A stretch of 64,000 nucleotides of DNA from an uncultured Alphaproteobacteria bacterium (GCA_944391395.1 CALXTI010000001.1:146065-210064), one strand, 5' to 3'; numbered from the stretch's first letter, positions 1 to 10,075 are shown. Notes: a model not told the origin generated them from the sequence alone. Numbers and translations are program-made.

Positions 1-27
1 AAGCAGAGTACCGTTCGTTTTTCAAGA

Positions 28-684
28 TTATTTTTTGAGTGGTGAACCGATTAGTATGTTAAAAGATGATTTAATCAAACCGACCGACCATTTTAAGATG
101 ATGAGGCCGCCAACCACGCCGATTAACGGATCTAAAAATACCCAGCCGAAATATTTGCCGCAGATTAGGGCGATGATGGCCATAACCGAGGTTAAGGCGT
201 CGGCCAAAATGTGCAGATAAGCCGCTTTGAAGTTGAGGTTTTCTTTGTGTTTGTGCGTGCGTTTTGTATGTTCTTGATGTGTGTGGCAATGAATGTGATT
301 TTCAGACATAATCAAAACGCAGACAATGTTGACAATCAGACCGACGACCGTTACCAAAATCGCCTCATTGAACGAAATGGATTGCGGATGAATGAAACGT
401 TCGACCGATTCATATAAAATACCTAACGAGGTTAAGCCTAAGAACAGAGCGCTGGTATAGCCTCCGAGCGCATTCAGGGTTTCTTCGCGGTCTTTATAGC
501 GGGTAACGACGACGCACACCAAATAAGTGATGGATAAAGCAAGCGCGTGCGTGCCCATATGAAAACCGTCGGCGGTCAAAGCCATGGATTTGGTGCAGAT
601 ACCGAAACCGATTTCGGCAAACATCGTTAATAAAGTAACAATAATCACCAAGAGAGTTTTGTTTTTTAAGATTTCATTATCCAT
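28..684 (-). CDS. Cation diffusion facilitator (CDF) family metal efflux transporter, membrane domain only
   Basis: 218 aa with multiple hydrophobic helices and a His-rich loop (HIHCHTHQEHTKRTHKHKE) typical of Zn/Co/Ni CDF exporters. AAGGA SD sits before the ATG at 684. It is directly downstream of the CsoR-like gene with overlapping signals. Confidence 0.7.
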   Translation of the reverse strand: MDNEILKNKTLLVIIVTLLTMFAEIGFGICTKSMALTADGFHMGTHALALSITYLVCVVVTRYKDREETLNALGGYTSALFLGLTSLGILYESVERFIHPQSISFNEAILVTVVGLIVNIVCVLIMSENHIHCHTHQEHTKRTHKHKENLNFKAAYLHILADALTSVMAIIALICGKYFGWVFLDPLIGVVGGLIILKWSVGLIKSSFNILIGSPLKK

Positions 685-694
685 TTTCTTTTCC

Positions 695-973
695 TTATTT
701 CATTTTTTCCAAATGTTCTGCCAACTCATCAATTAAAGCGGCGCTGTTTTTGCCGGTTTTTAGGGCGTCGGTGATGCAGTTTTGCAAGTGGCCGCGGACG
801 ACCTCTTTCCAGACGCCTTTTAAGGCGGCCTGACAAGATACGATTTGATTTAGGATTTCCATACAATCGCGGTTTTCCGCTACCATTTTGTTGATGCCGC
901 GGATTTGACCTTCTATTCGATTAAGGCGGGTCGCCAGTTTTTTCTTTTCTTCATCATTGCAACAAAAAGACAT
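695..973 (-). CDS. CsoR/RcnR/FrmR-family metal-sensing transcriptional repressor
   Basis: About 92 aa all-helical protein; spacing of the C..H..C residues (CCNDEE...RDCMEIL...VSCQ) is like DUF156/CsoR. Start moved to the internal ATG at 973, which has a perfect AAGGAG SD. Appears operonic with the CDF transporter. Confidence 0.7.
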   Translation of the reverse strand: MSFCCNDEEKKKLATRLNRIEGQIRGINKMVAENRDCMEILNQIVSCQAALKGVWKEVVRGHLQNCITDALKTGKNSAALIDELAEHLEKMK

Positions 974-1134
974 GAAATACTCCTTATATAGCATATACCC
1001 CTATACCCTATATATACATAAACCGGATATGCTTGTCAAGGAAGATTTTTTATTTTTAGCAAGTGGAAATTTTAAGTTTACATTGCTATTTAAAACCATT
1101 ATGATTTGCTTATGTTATTAGCAAAGGAGGGAAT

Positions 1135-1797
1135 ATGCAGCCGGAAGCATTGTTTGCAATTTCTAACGGATTATATATATTGTCAGCCCGGGAAGAAAAC
1201 GGACGATTTGTCGGTTCTTTAATCGACGCTGTGAGCCAGGTGGCAACAGATCCTGATTTTTTGATGATTTCTTGCATGAACGGAAGTTATACCAAGAAAG
1301 TGGTTGAAGAAACCGGCGAGTTTGCTTTAAGCGTTTTGCCGCAAAATATTGATCCGTTGACGGTGGGTGTTTTCGGTTATCAAAGCAGCCGCAACGCCGA
1401 TAAATGGGCGCAAGTTGACGGAACAGAACATGACGGTATGATGTATTTGCGCCAAGCTTTGGCCAAAATCCACTGTTTGGTGACGGAAAGCTTGGAATAT
1501 CCGAGTAATACGGTGTTTTTTGCCAAGGTTGTTGATGCCTTTGACAATCGCACCGGCGAGCCGCTGACTTATAAGATGTATCGCGACGGGTTTAAAAATA
1601 AAGTTATGGAAGCTTTTGAAAGACATAAAAAACAATCTAACGTTAATCAGAAAGGAGAAAATGTTATGGAAGATAAAAAATGGACCTGTATGGTTTGTGG
1701 TTATGTTTATGACGGCGACGTGCCGTTTGAAGATTTGCCGGAAGATTGGGTTTGTCCGTTGTGCGGTGTCGGCAAAGATCAATTTGAACTACGTTAA
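1135..1797 (+). CDS. Flavin reductase-like domain fused to rubredoxin (Hrb-like high-molecular-weight rubredoxin)
   Basis: N-terminal ~170 aa is flavin_reduct-like. The C-terminus carries the rubredoxin motifs C-x-x-C-G-Y ([11 protein letters not shown]) and C-P-x-C-G ([13 protein letters not shown]). GGAGG SD before the ATG. Confidence 0.7.
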   Translation: MQPEALFAISNGLYILSAREENGRFVGSLIDAVSQVATDPDFLMISCMNGSYTKKVVEETGEFALSVLPQNIDPLTVGVFGYQSSRNADKWAQVDGTEHDGMMYLRQALAKIHCLVTESLEYPSNTVFFAKVVDAFDNRTGEPLTYKMYRDGFKNKVMEAFERHKKQSNVNQKGENVMEDKKWTCMVCGYVYDGDVPFEDLPEDWVCPLCGVGKDQFELR

Positions 1798-1903
1798 ACT
1801 TTGAAATTTGACAAAATAAAGCAAAAGACTCTGATGAAAAATCAGAGTTTTTTTTGCAGCGCTTGAAGTTTGTTTGAGGAGGTCTAATCAACGGTCTGCA
1901 AAT

Positions 1904-2716
1904 CTACGGATTGTCAGCCCAGGTTTTTCCGTTTTTTATCATATTGATAACATTTGCTTGCATATAATTTTTGTTATTATTTGTATGGATAAATTTTTCA
2001 AAATCCATAACTTTAGAACCGTCAACACCGTTTTCTTTAGCCCATTGTCTGAGTCTTTCCAAGTTTTCCGGCGTAGAAATTATGGCAACAAGCCTTTCCG
2101 GATTTTTTTTGAAATCAACATTATCTATCATCCAACAAGACGAAAGATTTTGATATTCTGCTTTATCTTTGGCGGAAACAACAAACAAGCATCCGGCTGG
2201 ATAACAAAAATTATCAATCAGCCGCATGTACGTTCTTGATGATGTCTCGACAGAGTCTTTATTTGTGACGGATATCTTTCCGGGAGGATCATAGCTCGTT
2301 GAACGGCCAAATCTATCCGCGCCGGAGAATATGCCGCCGCTTAATATAATATTTTTTGCACCGATTATTGTTGTGCCGTGAAAACAAAGCATTTTGTCAT
2401 CAGAGATGCTTTGGGCTGCTTTTTCCGGAAATTCCTGATATTGTTTTAACCGATAGGCAATATCCTGTTTTTGTGGTTCGCGCAGAAGTTCGGATTGTTC
2501 CTCATAGCTTTTCAAATCGTATTCTTTTGCATTTAAGATTCTTTGATATTCTTTTATAATAAACTGGTTACCTTTAACAACCGCCGCCGCATATTCTTGT
2601 TTAATATCGTTAAGATCTTTTTCCAATACGGATATTTCCAAGGGAATTTTTTTCTTTTCTCTAGCAAAATATTTCAAATTTGCTTGATAATATTCTTCCA
2701 CAATACCGTTTTCCAT
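1904..2716 (-). CDS. Hypothetical protein with coiled-coil N-terminus and a C-terminal globular domain containing an FHGTT motif
   Basis: AT-rich ORF. Start placed at the internal ATG (MENGIVEEYY) that follows AGGAG. No recognisable family. Lies next to tRNA-Glu. Confidence 0.45.
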   Translation of the reverse strand: MENGIVEEYYQANLKYFAREKKKIPLEISVLEKDLNDIKQEYAAAVVKGNQFIIKEYQRILNAKEYDLKSYEEQSELLREPQKQDIAYRLKQYQEFPEKAAQSISDDKMLCFHGTTIIGAKNIILSGGIFSGADRFGRSTSYDPPGKISVTNKDSVETSSRTYMRLIDNFCYPAGCLFVVSAKDKAEYQNLSSCWMIDNVDFKKNPERLVAIISTPENLERLRQWAKENGVDGSKVMDFEKFIHTNNNKNYMQANVINMIKNGKTWADNP

Positions 2717-2866
2717 TATTTTACTCCTAAGCATAACAACATCAGTGTAACATAATTTTATACCAAAAACAATTTTTAATCAAAATTTTATAAAATCAAA
2801 TCGTTTTAAAAATAATTCTTGCATTGCGAGAAGAAGTATATTAAAAGGGTAGCAACTTTACAACTT

Positions 2867-2942
2867 GGTCCCATCGTCTAGTGGCCTAGGACGCGGCCCT
2901 CTCAAGGCTGCAACACGGGTTCAAATCCCGTTGGGATCACCA
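2867..2942 (+). tRNA. tRNA-Glu (anticodon CUC)
   Basis: Cloverleaf read by hand: acceptor GGTCCCA/TGGGATC, D-arm GTCTAGTGGCCTAGGAC, anticodon loop CTCTCAA, T-arm GGGTTCAAATCCC, encoded CCA. Confidence 0.85.
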
Positions 2943-2944
2943 TT

Positions 2945-2973
2945 AAAAAAAGCGCCATAACGGCGCTTTTTTT
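2945..2973. terminator. Bidirectional Rho-independent terminator between tRNA-Glu and sodB
   Basis: AAAAAAAGCGCC-ATAA-CGGCGCTTTTTTT hairpin flanked by A and T runs. Confidence 0.6.
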
Positions 2974-2993
2974 AGAATTGAATCCGGGAAATC

Positions 2994-3569
2994 TTATTCT
3001 TTCCAGTCAATTAAGTGGTTCAAAAAGGCGTCAACAAAATCGCCGCGGCGGTTTTGATAATCCAGATAATACGCATGTTCCCACACATCTATCGTTATTA
3101 AGGCTTCCAACCCATGCGCCAACGGATTATCGGCGTTTGCGGTCTTCATGATTTCCAAACTGCCGTCCGCACGACGTATTAACCACGCCCAGCCGCTGCC
3201 GAATTGCGCCAAAGCAGCTGTTTTAAATTCTTTGCAAAAAACTTCATAACTGCCGAAAGTTTTGATAATATCTTCCAACAGACGACCTTGCGGCATGCCG
3301 CCGCCATTCGGACGCATGCAATTCCAAAAGAAAGAATGATTCCAGGTTTGTGCGGCGTTGTTAAAAATCGCCGTATGTTCGGACTTTCCGGCCGTTTTTT
3401 GCACAATTTCTTCCAATGTCATGTTTGCAAATTCTGTTCCGGCAATCAGTTTGTTTAGATTGTCAACATACGTTTGATGATGTTTCAGGTAATGAAATTC
3501 CATCGTGTTTTTTGAAATATACGGCGCCAAAGCGTCCAATTCATAGTTTAGAGTCGGCAATTTAAACAT
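2994..3569 (-). CDS. sodB: Fe/Mn superoxide dismutase
   Basis: 191 aa with SOD signatures ([24 protein letters not shown]). GGAGAAA SD. Confidence 0.9.
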   Translation of the reverse strand: MFKLPTLNYELDALAPYISKNTMEFHYLKHHQTYVDNLNKLIAGTEFANMTLEEIVQKTAGKSEHTAIFNNAAQTWNHSFFWNCMRPNGGGMPQGRLLEDIIKTFGSYEVFCKEFKTAALAQFGSGWAWLIRRADGSLEIMKTANADNPLAHGLEALITIDVWEHAYYLDYQNRRGDFVDAFLNHLIDWKE

Positions 3570-3756
3570 TTTTTTCTCCTTATAAAGTTAATTTTACTCT
3601 TAATATACACAAGTTTAGATGCTTTTCAACAAGGATTGCTGCCATTTTTAACATTTCTTGTTAATAATTATTAACAGGCCTTTAAAAAGATTCACAAATA
3701 AAAAATATGGCGTTATAGTAAAATTACCATTAAAAAAATTACGGAAGGGTAAAGAG

Positions 3757-4443
3757 ATGAGAGTGTTGTTGGTGGAAGATGATTACGCCGTCTCGCAAAG
3801 CATTGAAACAATGCTGAAAAAAGAGGGTATGATTGTCGATGCGACCGATTTGGGCGAAGACGGGCTCGAAATCGGCAAGTTGTACGATTATGATATCATT
3901 ATTCTGGATCTGATGCTTCCGGACATGAACGGTTATGAAGTGTTAAAAAGTTTGCGTAATGCCAAAGTCAACACGCCGGTTCTTATTTTGTCCGGCTTGT
4001 CCGAACCTGATAAAAAAGTCAAAGGTTTGGGCTACGGTGCGGATGACTACTTAACCAAACCTTTTGATAAGTCCGAGCTTTTGGCGCGTATCCAGGCGAT
4101 TGTGCGCCGTTCCAAGGGACATTCCAATTCCATCATTAAAACCGGCGATGTCGAAGTCAATCTTGACACACAGACGGTTACCGTCGGCGGCAAAGCCTTA
4201 CATCTGACCGGTAAAGAATACGGCATTATGGAGCTGCTGTCTTTGCGCAAAGGCTCAACGCTTAACAAAGACCAATTCTTAAACCATCTTTACGGCGGCA
4301 TTGATGAGCCGGAATTGAAAATTATCGACGTCTTTATTTGCAAGTTGCGCAAAAAGCTGGAAAAAGCTTCCGGCGGCAAGAATTATATCGAAACCGTCTG
4401 GGGACGCGGCTATGTTTTGCGCGATCCGGACGAAGCCAAATAG
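3757..4443 (+). CDS. ctrA: Cell-cycle response regulator CtrA (OmpR family)
   Basis: Receiver domain (VLLVEDD...[13 protein letters not shown]...KPFDKSEL) plus winged-helix domain ending ...[17 protein letters not shown], close to alphaproteobacterial CtrA. Start set at MRVLLVEDD (AAGGGTAAAGAG SD) rather than the longer ORF-track start. Confidence 0.9.
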   Translation: MRVLLVEDDYAVSQSIETMLKKEGMIVDATDLGEDGLEIGKLYDYDIIILDLMLPDMNGYEVLKSLRNAKVNTPVLILSGLSEPDKKVKGLGYGADDYLTKPFDKSELLARIQAIVRRSKGHSNSIIKTGDVEVNLDTQTVTVGGKALHLTGKEYGIMELLSLRKGSTLNKDQFLNHLYGGIDEPELKIIDVFICKLRKKLEKASGGKNYIETVWGRGYVLRDPDEAK

Positions 4444-4458
4444 TTTATAATGATAAAC

Positions 4459-4495
4459 AAAACCCCGAGCAGCTTTTGCCCGGGGTTGCTTTTAT
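4459..4495 (+). terminator. Rho-independent terminator after ctrA
   Basis: AAAACCCCGAGCAGCTTTTGCCCGGGGTTGCTTTT hairpin followed by T-run. Confidence 0.55.
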
Positions 4496-4508
4496 GAAAC
4501 TGATTTTT

Positions 4509-5237
4509 TTATCTTCTGTCACCCATAATTCTCAACAAATTAAGAAACAGGTTGATAAAATCCAAATATAATGACAAAGCGCCGGCAACCGCTTTGCGCG
4601 TTGCGGAATCTTCCGTGTCGGCAGAATGATATATGTTGCGGATTGTCTGTGTGTCATAAGCCGTTAAGCCGACAAAAACGGCGATTGTAATATACGATAA
4701 AGCATAATCCAAAGCCGTGCTTTGCATAAAGAGATTAACAATGCTGGCGATGATAACGCCCCATAAACCCATAATCATAAACGAACCCAAACCGGTCAAG
4801 TCGCGTTTGGTGGTGTAGCCATACAGGCTCATGGCGCCAAAAGTGCCGGCCGTGATTAAAAAGACGCGGGTCATGCTGGAGGCCGTATATGCCAAAACAA
4901 TCGGCGTCAACGACGCGCCGATTAAAGCGGAATAAAGCCAGAAAATGCCTTGGACTTGTGTTGTTGAACCACGGGAAACCGCCCAGTTGAAAGCAAAAAC
5001 CAAAATCAACGGCGCAATAAAAATCAACCAAGCAAATCCGGACATGGTGGCGGTGTTAGTTGCCGGGTTGAAGTTGAAGAACAATCTGATTAAGCCGGTG
5101 TTGGCAATCAGATACGCCACCAATGCGGTTAAGCACAAACCGCCGGCCATATAATTGTATACCTTAAGCATAAAGCCGCGCAAACCTTCGTCAACGCCGC
5201 TTCTTTCCACAGCCGAAGTGTAAGTTTTTGTTTCCAT
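4509..5237 (-). CDS. Bax-inhibitor-1/YccA family membrane protein (FtsH modulator-like)
   Basis: 242 aa with seven hydrophobic helices. N-terminal MKVYNYMAGGL and C-terminal DTQ..IR..SLYLDFINLF motifs are typical of BI-1/YccA. Confidence 0.75.
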   Translation of the reverse strand: METKTYTSAVERSGVDEGLRGFMLKVYNYMAGGLCLTALVAYLIANTGLIRLFFNFNPATNTATMSGFAWLIFIAPLILVFAFNWAVSRGSTTQVQGIFWLYSALIGASLTPIVLAYTASSMTRVFLITAGTFGAMSLYGYTTKRDLTGLGSFMIMGLWGVIIASIVNLFMQSTALDYALSYITIAVFVGLTAYDTQTIRNIYHSADTEDSATRKAVAGALSLYLDFINLFLNLLRIMGDRR

Positions 5238-5308
5238 AGTTTTCTCCTAAAAAAGTTTACCTGAGAAATAATATAGAAATTTTTTTATTAAAAATCAATA
5301 AACGTATA

Positions 5309-5343
5309 AAAAAACACCCGCCTTTCTCAAGGCGGGTGTTTTC
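5309..5343. terminator. Bidirectional terminator between the yccA-like gene and the degT-like gene (convergent)
   Basis: AAAAACACCCGCC-TTTCTCAA-GGCGGGTGTTTT hairpin. Confidence 0.6.
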
Positions 5344-5356
5344 AAAGCGCGGAAAA

Positions 5357-6517
5357 TTAAGCGGCTTTGGACGAATACTGCTTGGCAAATTCATTCATCG
5401 TATTGATGATGTAAGACTGTTCGTCTTCTTCAATATACGGATGCATCGGGATGCTCAAAACCGTTTGGGACAGTTTTTCGCAAACCGGAAGCGGCCGGGT
5501 GTTCCATTTTTTATAAGCCGTTTGAGTGTTAACCGGACGCGGATAATATACGCCGCACGGAATTCCGGCTTCTTTCAGGTAAGCCATCAGTTCATCGCGG
5601 TGTTCACAGTTAATCGTGTACAGGGCATAAGCCGAACGGCAGTTGTTCAAAATCCGCTGTTTGCCGAAATAAGGGCTCAGTTCCGTATCATAGCGTTTGG
5701 CGATGCGATAGCGGCTCTCCAGTTCGTTATCAAAAACTGTCAGTTTTTGCAAAATAACCGCGGCCTGGAAAGAATTCATACGGCCGGTCATGCCCAAACG
5801 GATATTATCATAATGGTCTTCCGGGCTCATACCGTGAACGCGGCAGGATTTAACCAGTTCGTTTTCTTCGTTGCTGTTGGTAAACACGGCACCGCCGTCG
5901 CCGTAACCGGCCAAAGGTTTGGTCGGATAAAAGGAAGTGGCGGTCATGTCCGAAATTGAACCGGCTTTTTTGCCATAATAAACCGAACCGTAAGACTGGC
6001 AGGAATCCGAAAGCACTTTCATGCCGTTGTCGTGAGCGATTTTGATGATTTCATCCAATTCGCACGGAGAACCGAAAATGTCAACCGGAATAACCGCTTT
6101 TAAGTTAAGCTTGCCTTCTTTTTTGACTTCGGCAATGGCGCGTTTCAAATCTTCGGGATCCATATTGTAGGTGTCCGGTTTTGAATCAACAAAAATCGGG
6201 GTAGCGCCAAGCAACACCGGAGCTTCGGCCGATGAAACGAAAGTAAAGGAAGAAACAAAAACCGCATCACCGACTTTAACGTCCCAAGCCATCAAAGCCA
6301 AGGTCAAAGCGTCGGTGCCGGAACCGCAAGTCGAACAGTATTTGGTGCCGGAATATTCCGCTAATTTTTGGTCAAGCTCTTTAGTTTCCGGACCTTGGCA
6401 ATATGCACCATGATCCAAAACTTTTTCTAAAGATGCCATAAATTTGTCACGGCCGATAATGTTTTGTGATGTGGCGCAATCAAACAAATTTATTTTTTTA
6501 GAAGGTTTATCCATCAT
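5357..6517 (-). CDS. DegT/DnrJ/EryC1/StrS-family PLP-dependent sugar aminotransferase
   Basis: 386 aa. Motifs GSGTDAL, FYPTKPL..G.GDGGAV and FxSxS match the family. Probable Lys-binding region is present. Confidence 0.8.
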   Translation of the reverse strand: MMDKPSKKINLFDCATSQNIIGRDKFMASLEKVLDHGAYCQGPETKELDQKLAEYSGTKYCSTCGSGTDALTLALMAWDVKVGDAVFVSSFTFVSSAEAPVLLGATPIFVDSKPDTYNMDPEDLKRAIAEVKKEGKLNLKAVIPVDIFGSPCELDEIIKIAHDNGMKVLSDSCQSYGSVYYGKKAGSISDMTATSFYPTKPLAGYGDGGAVFTNSNEENELVKSCRVHGMSPEDHYDNIRLGMTGRMNSFQAAVILQKLTVFDNELESRYRIAKRYDTELSPYFGKQRILNNCRSAYALYTINCEHRDELMAYLKEAGIPCGVYYPRPVNTQTAYKKWNTRPLPVCEKLSQTVLSIPMHPYIEEDEQSYIINTMNEFAKQYSSKAA

Positions 6518-6734
6518 TTTTTTATCCTTTAAAGTTAAAGTTCAAAACTGGGGCTGATAATAAGGGGAATGTTTGCTCGATGCAACACACAAGATGTTTC
6601 TTGATTGTAACAAAAAGCGCAATCCATACCAAAATATCAGCATATTTGTGTATTTTTTGTTGATTTAATCCGCATAATTGCTATATTTGTGCTATGTTTT
6701 CAGAAATTAAAAAAATTAATGTAAGGAAATTCTG

Positions 6735-7526
6735 ATGAAAAAATTTGGTCTGACGGCATTTTTGATATTAAGCCTTGCCGCGTGTGCCACCAATCCGGAT
6801 GGAAGCAAACTTTCCGCCGATGATGAAGAATCAAAAGTGGAATATTACAATCGCGCCATGTTCAATTTTAATTATCAGTTTAATAAAAAGGTGATGAAAC
6901 CCGTGGCCAAAGGCTACAAGAAAATCACCAACCAGTTTTTCCGTGACCGGGTCAGCGCTTTTTTTGACAATTTGGAAGAACCGGCTTATTTTATAAACAA
7001 TCTTTTTCAAGGCGAAATCAAAAACAGCGGTATTTCCGTCGGACGTTTTTTGCTTAATTCTACGTTAGGCCTGGCCGGAACGTTTGATGTGGCCGCAGGC
7101 TGGGGACTCGAAAAAAAGAAAAACAGTTTTGACCAGACCATGGCAAAATATTGCGTGCCGGACGGACCTTTCTTTATATTGCCGATTGTCGGACCGGCAA
7201 CGCCGCGGTATGTCGCGGGTTGGACGGCAGACGCTTATGCGAGTCCGTTGTTTTGGGCGTTGATAGACGTGGAAGATGACGGCGTCGATGCGGCTGTTGT
7301 CGGTGCTACGGCTTTGAAATATATCAATCTGTATGCGGAAAACGAAGGACTGATTGAAAGTTTGGAGGCCGGTTCGGTTGATTTTTATGCCACGATGAAG
7401 TCAGCCTTTTTGCAAAATCGGCAGAAATTCGTCAGCCTATGTGCCCAAGGCGCCGACGATGAAGAGACATTAAGTTACGATTTTGATTTTGGCTATGATG
7501 ACGCCTTTGATGAAGAAATGGAATAA
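6735..7526 (+). CDS. mlaA: MlaA/VacJ-family outer-membrane lipoprotein
   Basis: Lipoprotein signal (LILSLAAC). Conserved MlaA core: YNRAMFNFN, FFDNLEEP, LNSTLGLAGTFDVA. Confidence 0.75.
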   Translation: MKKFGLTAFLILSLAACATNPDGSKLSADDEESKVEYYNRAMFNFNYQFNKKVMKPVAKGYKKITNQFFRDRVSAFFDNLEEPAYFINNLFQGEIKNSGISVGRFLLNSTLGLAGTFDVAAGWGLEKKKNSFDQTMAKYCVPDGPFFILPIVGPATPRYVAGWTADAYASPLFWALIDVEDDGVDAAVVGATALKYINLYAENEGLIESLEAGSVDFYATMKSAFLQNRQKFVSLCAQGADDEETLSYDFDFGYDDAFDEEME

Positions 7527-7554
7527 TCAACTGTTTTGAAGGAGATTAAACGCT

Positions 7555-8154
7555 ATGCAAAAATTTTTGAGTTTTGTCGTTGCCGTGTTTTTGTTGGCGA
7601 CAGGGTCGGCACAAGCCGAAGTTAACGCACAACAAGCTGAAGATTTTATTAAACAGGTTACGACACAAGGAATTGAAGAAATCATCAATTCCGATGTGTC
7701 AATCGAAGAAAAAGACGCCCGATTTGCCGATCTTTTCAATAAATATCTTGATTTGGACTTTATCGGCCGCTTTGTCTTGGGGCGTTATTGGCGGACATCA
7801 ACGCCAGAACAGCAAAAAGAATTTATAAACGTGTATCGTGAAATGAACATTAAAACCTGGTCGAAACGGTTTGACGAATTCAAAGGCAAAACCTTTGTTT
7901 TCAAAGGCACAACGCCGTCAAATTCGGCAGGGCAGATTTTCGTTAACACCGAAGTGCCGATGGAACAGGGTGCGCCGGCGAAAGTAGTTTGGCGGGTTAA
8001 AGAAACAAAAGGCGAATTCAAAGTCGTGGATATCATTATTGAAAACGTCAGTCTGGCGATTACCGCCCGCAATGAATATACGGCTTATATTAAAAAATCG
8101 CCCGACGGTGTTGACGGTTTGATTGCTAATTTGCGGCAAAAAAGTCAGCAATAA
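7555..8154 (+). CDS. mlaC: MlaC/Ttg2D-family periplasmic phospholipid-binding protein
   Basis: Signal peptide, then LDFIGRFVLGRYWR and related motifs characteristic of MlaC. Follows mlaA in the same orientation. Confidence 0.7.
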   Translation: MQKFLSFVVAVFLLATGSAQAEVNAQQAEDFIKQVTTQGIEEIINSDVSIEEKDARFADLFNKYLDLDFIGRFVLGRYWRTSTPEQQKEFINVYREMNIKTWSKRFDEFKGKTFVFKGTTPSNSAGQIFVNTEVPMEQGAPAKVVWRVKETKGEFKVVDIIIENVSLAITARNEYTAYIKKSPDGVDGLIANLRQKSQQ

Positions 8155-8335
8155 GGGTTTGAAAACACCGTTGATATTGCCGGAATACTCTGTTCCGGCA
8201 ATGTTTTTTTTTGTTTTTTCGCTCTTAATGTTTTTTTATAATCCGTTTTTGATTTTCTAAATGTAAGGATTGACATTTTGCGCTTTTTTAGGTAAAATTA
8301 TCGTATGTATAAGTGTTTTTTTGTCGGGGGCTGTT

Positions 8336-10021
8336 ATGCTTAATATAAAGAGATTTTTTATAATTTTGGCCGGAGTGCTGTTTTTAAGCGCTTCCGCCGA
8401 AGCACGTGTTTGTTTCTTGGCGGGAAGCGATGACGCCAGTAATTGTTTGACCATTGCCGAGTTTGAAAGTTCCAGCTGCCCCGGATATACGACATGTGAA
8501 ATTCCTGATGTTGCGGCGCGCTCTTGTGATGAAGGCGGTGTGGCTGTTTACAAACCTGAAGATTGCTGCACCAACAACGAACATTTTGAGCCTTGCAACG
8601 GCGCCGGACAAATCTGCTTGAGCGGCACCAGCTGTAATGGTGTCGACGGTAACGGCGAAACTTATACATCATGCCTTATCGGTAATTGCGTTTGCGACAG
8701 CAGCTACTCGGAAAATTGTGCCGGAAACGGCCTGGAAGGCGTCGGCGAAGCTTGCGACGGCTTATATCAAAGTTGCCAATGCGCCAGCAACTATTATACT
8801 TGCGATGCGGCGGCAACCGGCGGCGGCAGCTCGTGTAATGACGGAACGCAAAAATACACTTCTTGTACTTGTCCGACTGCCGATGGCAGCGAATGGGTGA
8901 CAGATCCGGATATCTGCTGTTGGGGTGTGAGCGATACCTGTACATCACAACCAAGCGGCGATAAAGTTTATAAATGCCGCACCGGTCAGGTTTATGATTG
9001 TTTCTGCGGATATAGTTATGATGCCGGTAAAACTGGCTCTTGCAAAAACGGTTGTACCGACGATAACTATGAATATGTGGGAAATATTCCCAGCAACGCC
9101 ACCTGTGGTGATTTTACCCAGGGTATAAAAGGCGCCTGCGGAAATAATTGTTATTGTAATGACGGATATTGGGATTTCAAAGAAGAATGTTCTGTGCAAA
9201 ATGAAAACATCTGCGCGGAGCTGGGCTATACCGACACGTCCTGTGAAGGTGATTGGATTGCTTGTCCGTATGACGTTTCCGCTAAAAAATGCCTGGCTTC
9301 AGAAAAAGAAGAAGTTTGTACGGATGGCTATGCCAAAACGGTTGAAGAATGTGGAGACCGCGGAGCCGAGGCATGGACATTGGAAGCGGTTGCCGGTTCC
9401 AGCTGCGGTAAATGTACGCCGAAAGCCTGCCCGTCAGGTTCAAGCACAACGAGTAAAACGGCCAAGCCCGGTATCAGCGAAGTTGTTGTAACGGGATATT
9501 CCGGAATTGAGGAATGCACGAAATTGGCCAGCTGTGCGACAGGTTATGCTTACTCCAAAGATGCTTTGGATACCGGTGAAACGCTGGGTACAACTTATTT
9601 CGGCACGGTCAACGGTAAAAAATGTTATAAAATAACCTGTGCGTCCAGCAGTTTAACAAGTCTTACCTTTGGTAAGTATGCCACAACTCTTGCTGGCTGT
9701 GGAACACAAGGCGCCAAAGGCTGGAAATTTAACACTACAACAGGCAGCAGTAATTTGGGATGCAAACTTTGCGTTGCAAAATCCTGCCCGACAGGTTATT
9801 CAACAATGGTGAGCTTCTGCCAATGGGGCTCGGAGACGAAAGGATATTCCGGTGACTTGCCTTGTAGGAAATGCGTATCAGATTCTGGAAACATAGACTT
9901 TAACAGAAAGTGTACTCCCGGATGTGATTATGACTGTTCCAATGCCGGAGGGCCGCGTTGTACTTCACAAAGTACTTATAGAGGTCTGGCCTGCTTGAAA
10001 TGTGTTGAATTTATTGAATAA
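8336..10021 (+). CDS. Secreted cysteine-rich modular protein (paralog family member A)
   Basis: About 560 aa. Signal peptide MLNIKRFFIILAGVLFLSASAEA, then more than 70 Cys in repeated modules (CAELGYTDTSC...CPYDVSAKKC; ECGDRGAEAW..CGKCTPKACP; GCGTQGAKGW..CKLCVAKSCP). Start moved to the ATG at 8336, downstream of the ORF-track start. No family recognised. Confidence 0.6.
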   Translation: MLNIKRFFIILAGVLFLSASAEARVCFLAGSDDASNCLTIAEFESSSCPGYTTCEIPDVAARSCDEGGVAVYKPEDCCTNNEHFEPCNGAGQICLSGTSCNGVDGNGETYTSCLIGNCVCDSSYSENCAGNGLEGVGEACDGLYQSCQCASNYYTCDAAATGGGSSCNDGTQKYTSCTCPTADGSEWVTDPDICCWGVSDTCTSQPSGDKVYKCRTGQVYDCFCGYSYDAGKTGSCKNGCTDDNYEYVGNIPSNATCGDFTQGIKGACGNNCYCNDGYWDFKEECSVQNENICAELGYTDTSCEGDWIACPYDVSAKKCLASEKEEVCTDGYAKTVEECGDRGAEAWTLEAVAGSSCGKCTPKACPSGSSTTSKTAKPGISEVVVTGYSGIEECTKLASCATGYAYSKDALDTGETLGTTYFGTVNGKKCYKITCASSSLTSLTFGKYATTLAGCGTQGAKGWKFNTTTGSSNLGCKLCVAKSCPTGYSTMVSFCQWGSETKGYSGDLPCRKCVSDSGNIDFNRKCTPGCDYDCSNAGGPRCTSQSTYRGLACLKCVEFIE

Positions 10022-10048
10022 CAATTTTAATGCAGTTCCGGAAAATTT

Positions 10049-10075
10049 AAAAAGGCACCGTCAGGTGCCTTTTTA
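10049..10075 (+). terminator. Rho-independent terminator
   Basis: AAAAAGGCACC-GTCA-GGTGCCTTTTT. Confidence 0.6.

Noticed and set aside
1616-1804. Out-of-frame small ORFs around the internal SD of the Hrb gene
   Set aside because: The out-of-frame ATG at 1661 gives a short nonsense peptide. Only the in-frame ATG at 1666 coincides with the rubredoxin domain boundary.
3690-3712. CtrA box-like sequence TTAATAATTATTAAC upstream of ctrA
   Set aside because: The spacing between TTAA half-sites is 6 rather than the canonical 7 (TTAA-N7-TTAAC). The region is AT-rich, so a chance match is likely. Left as unsupported.
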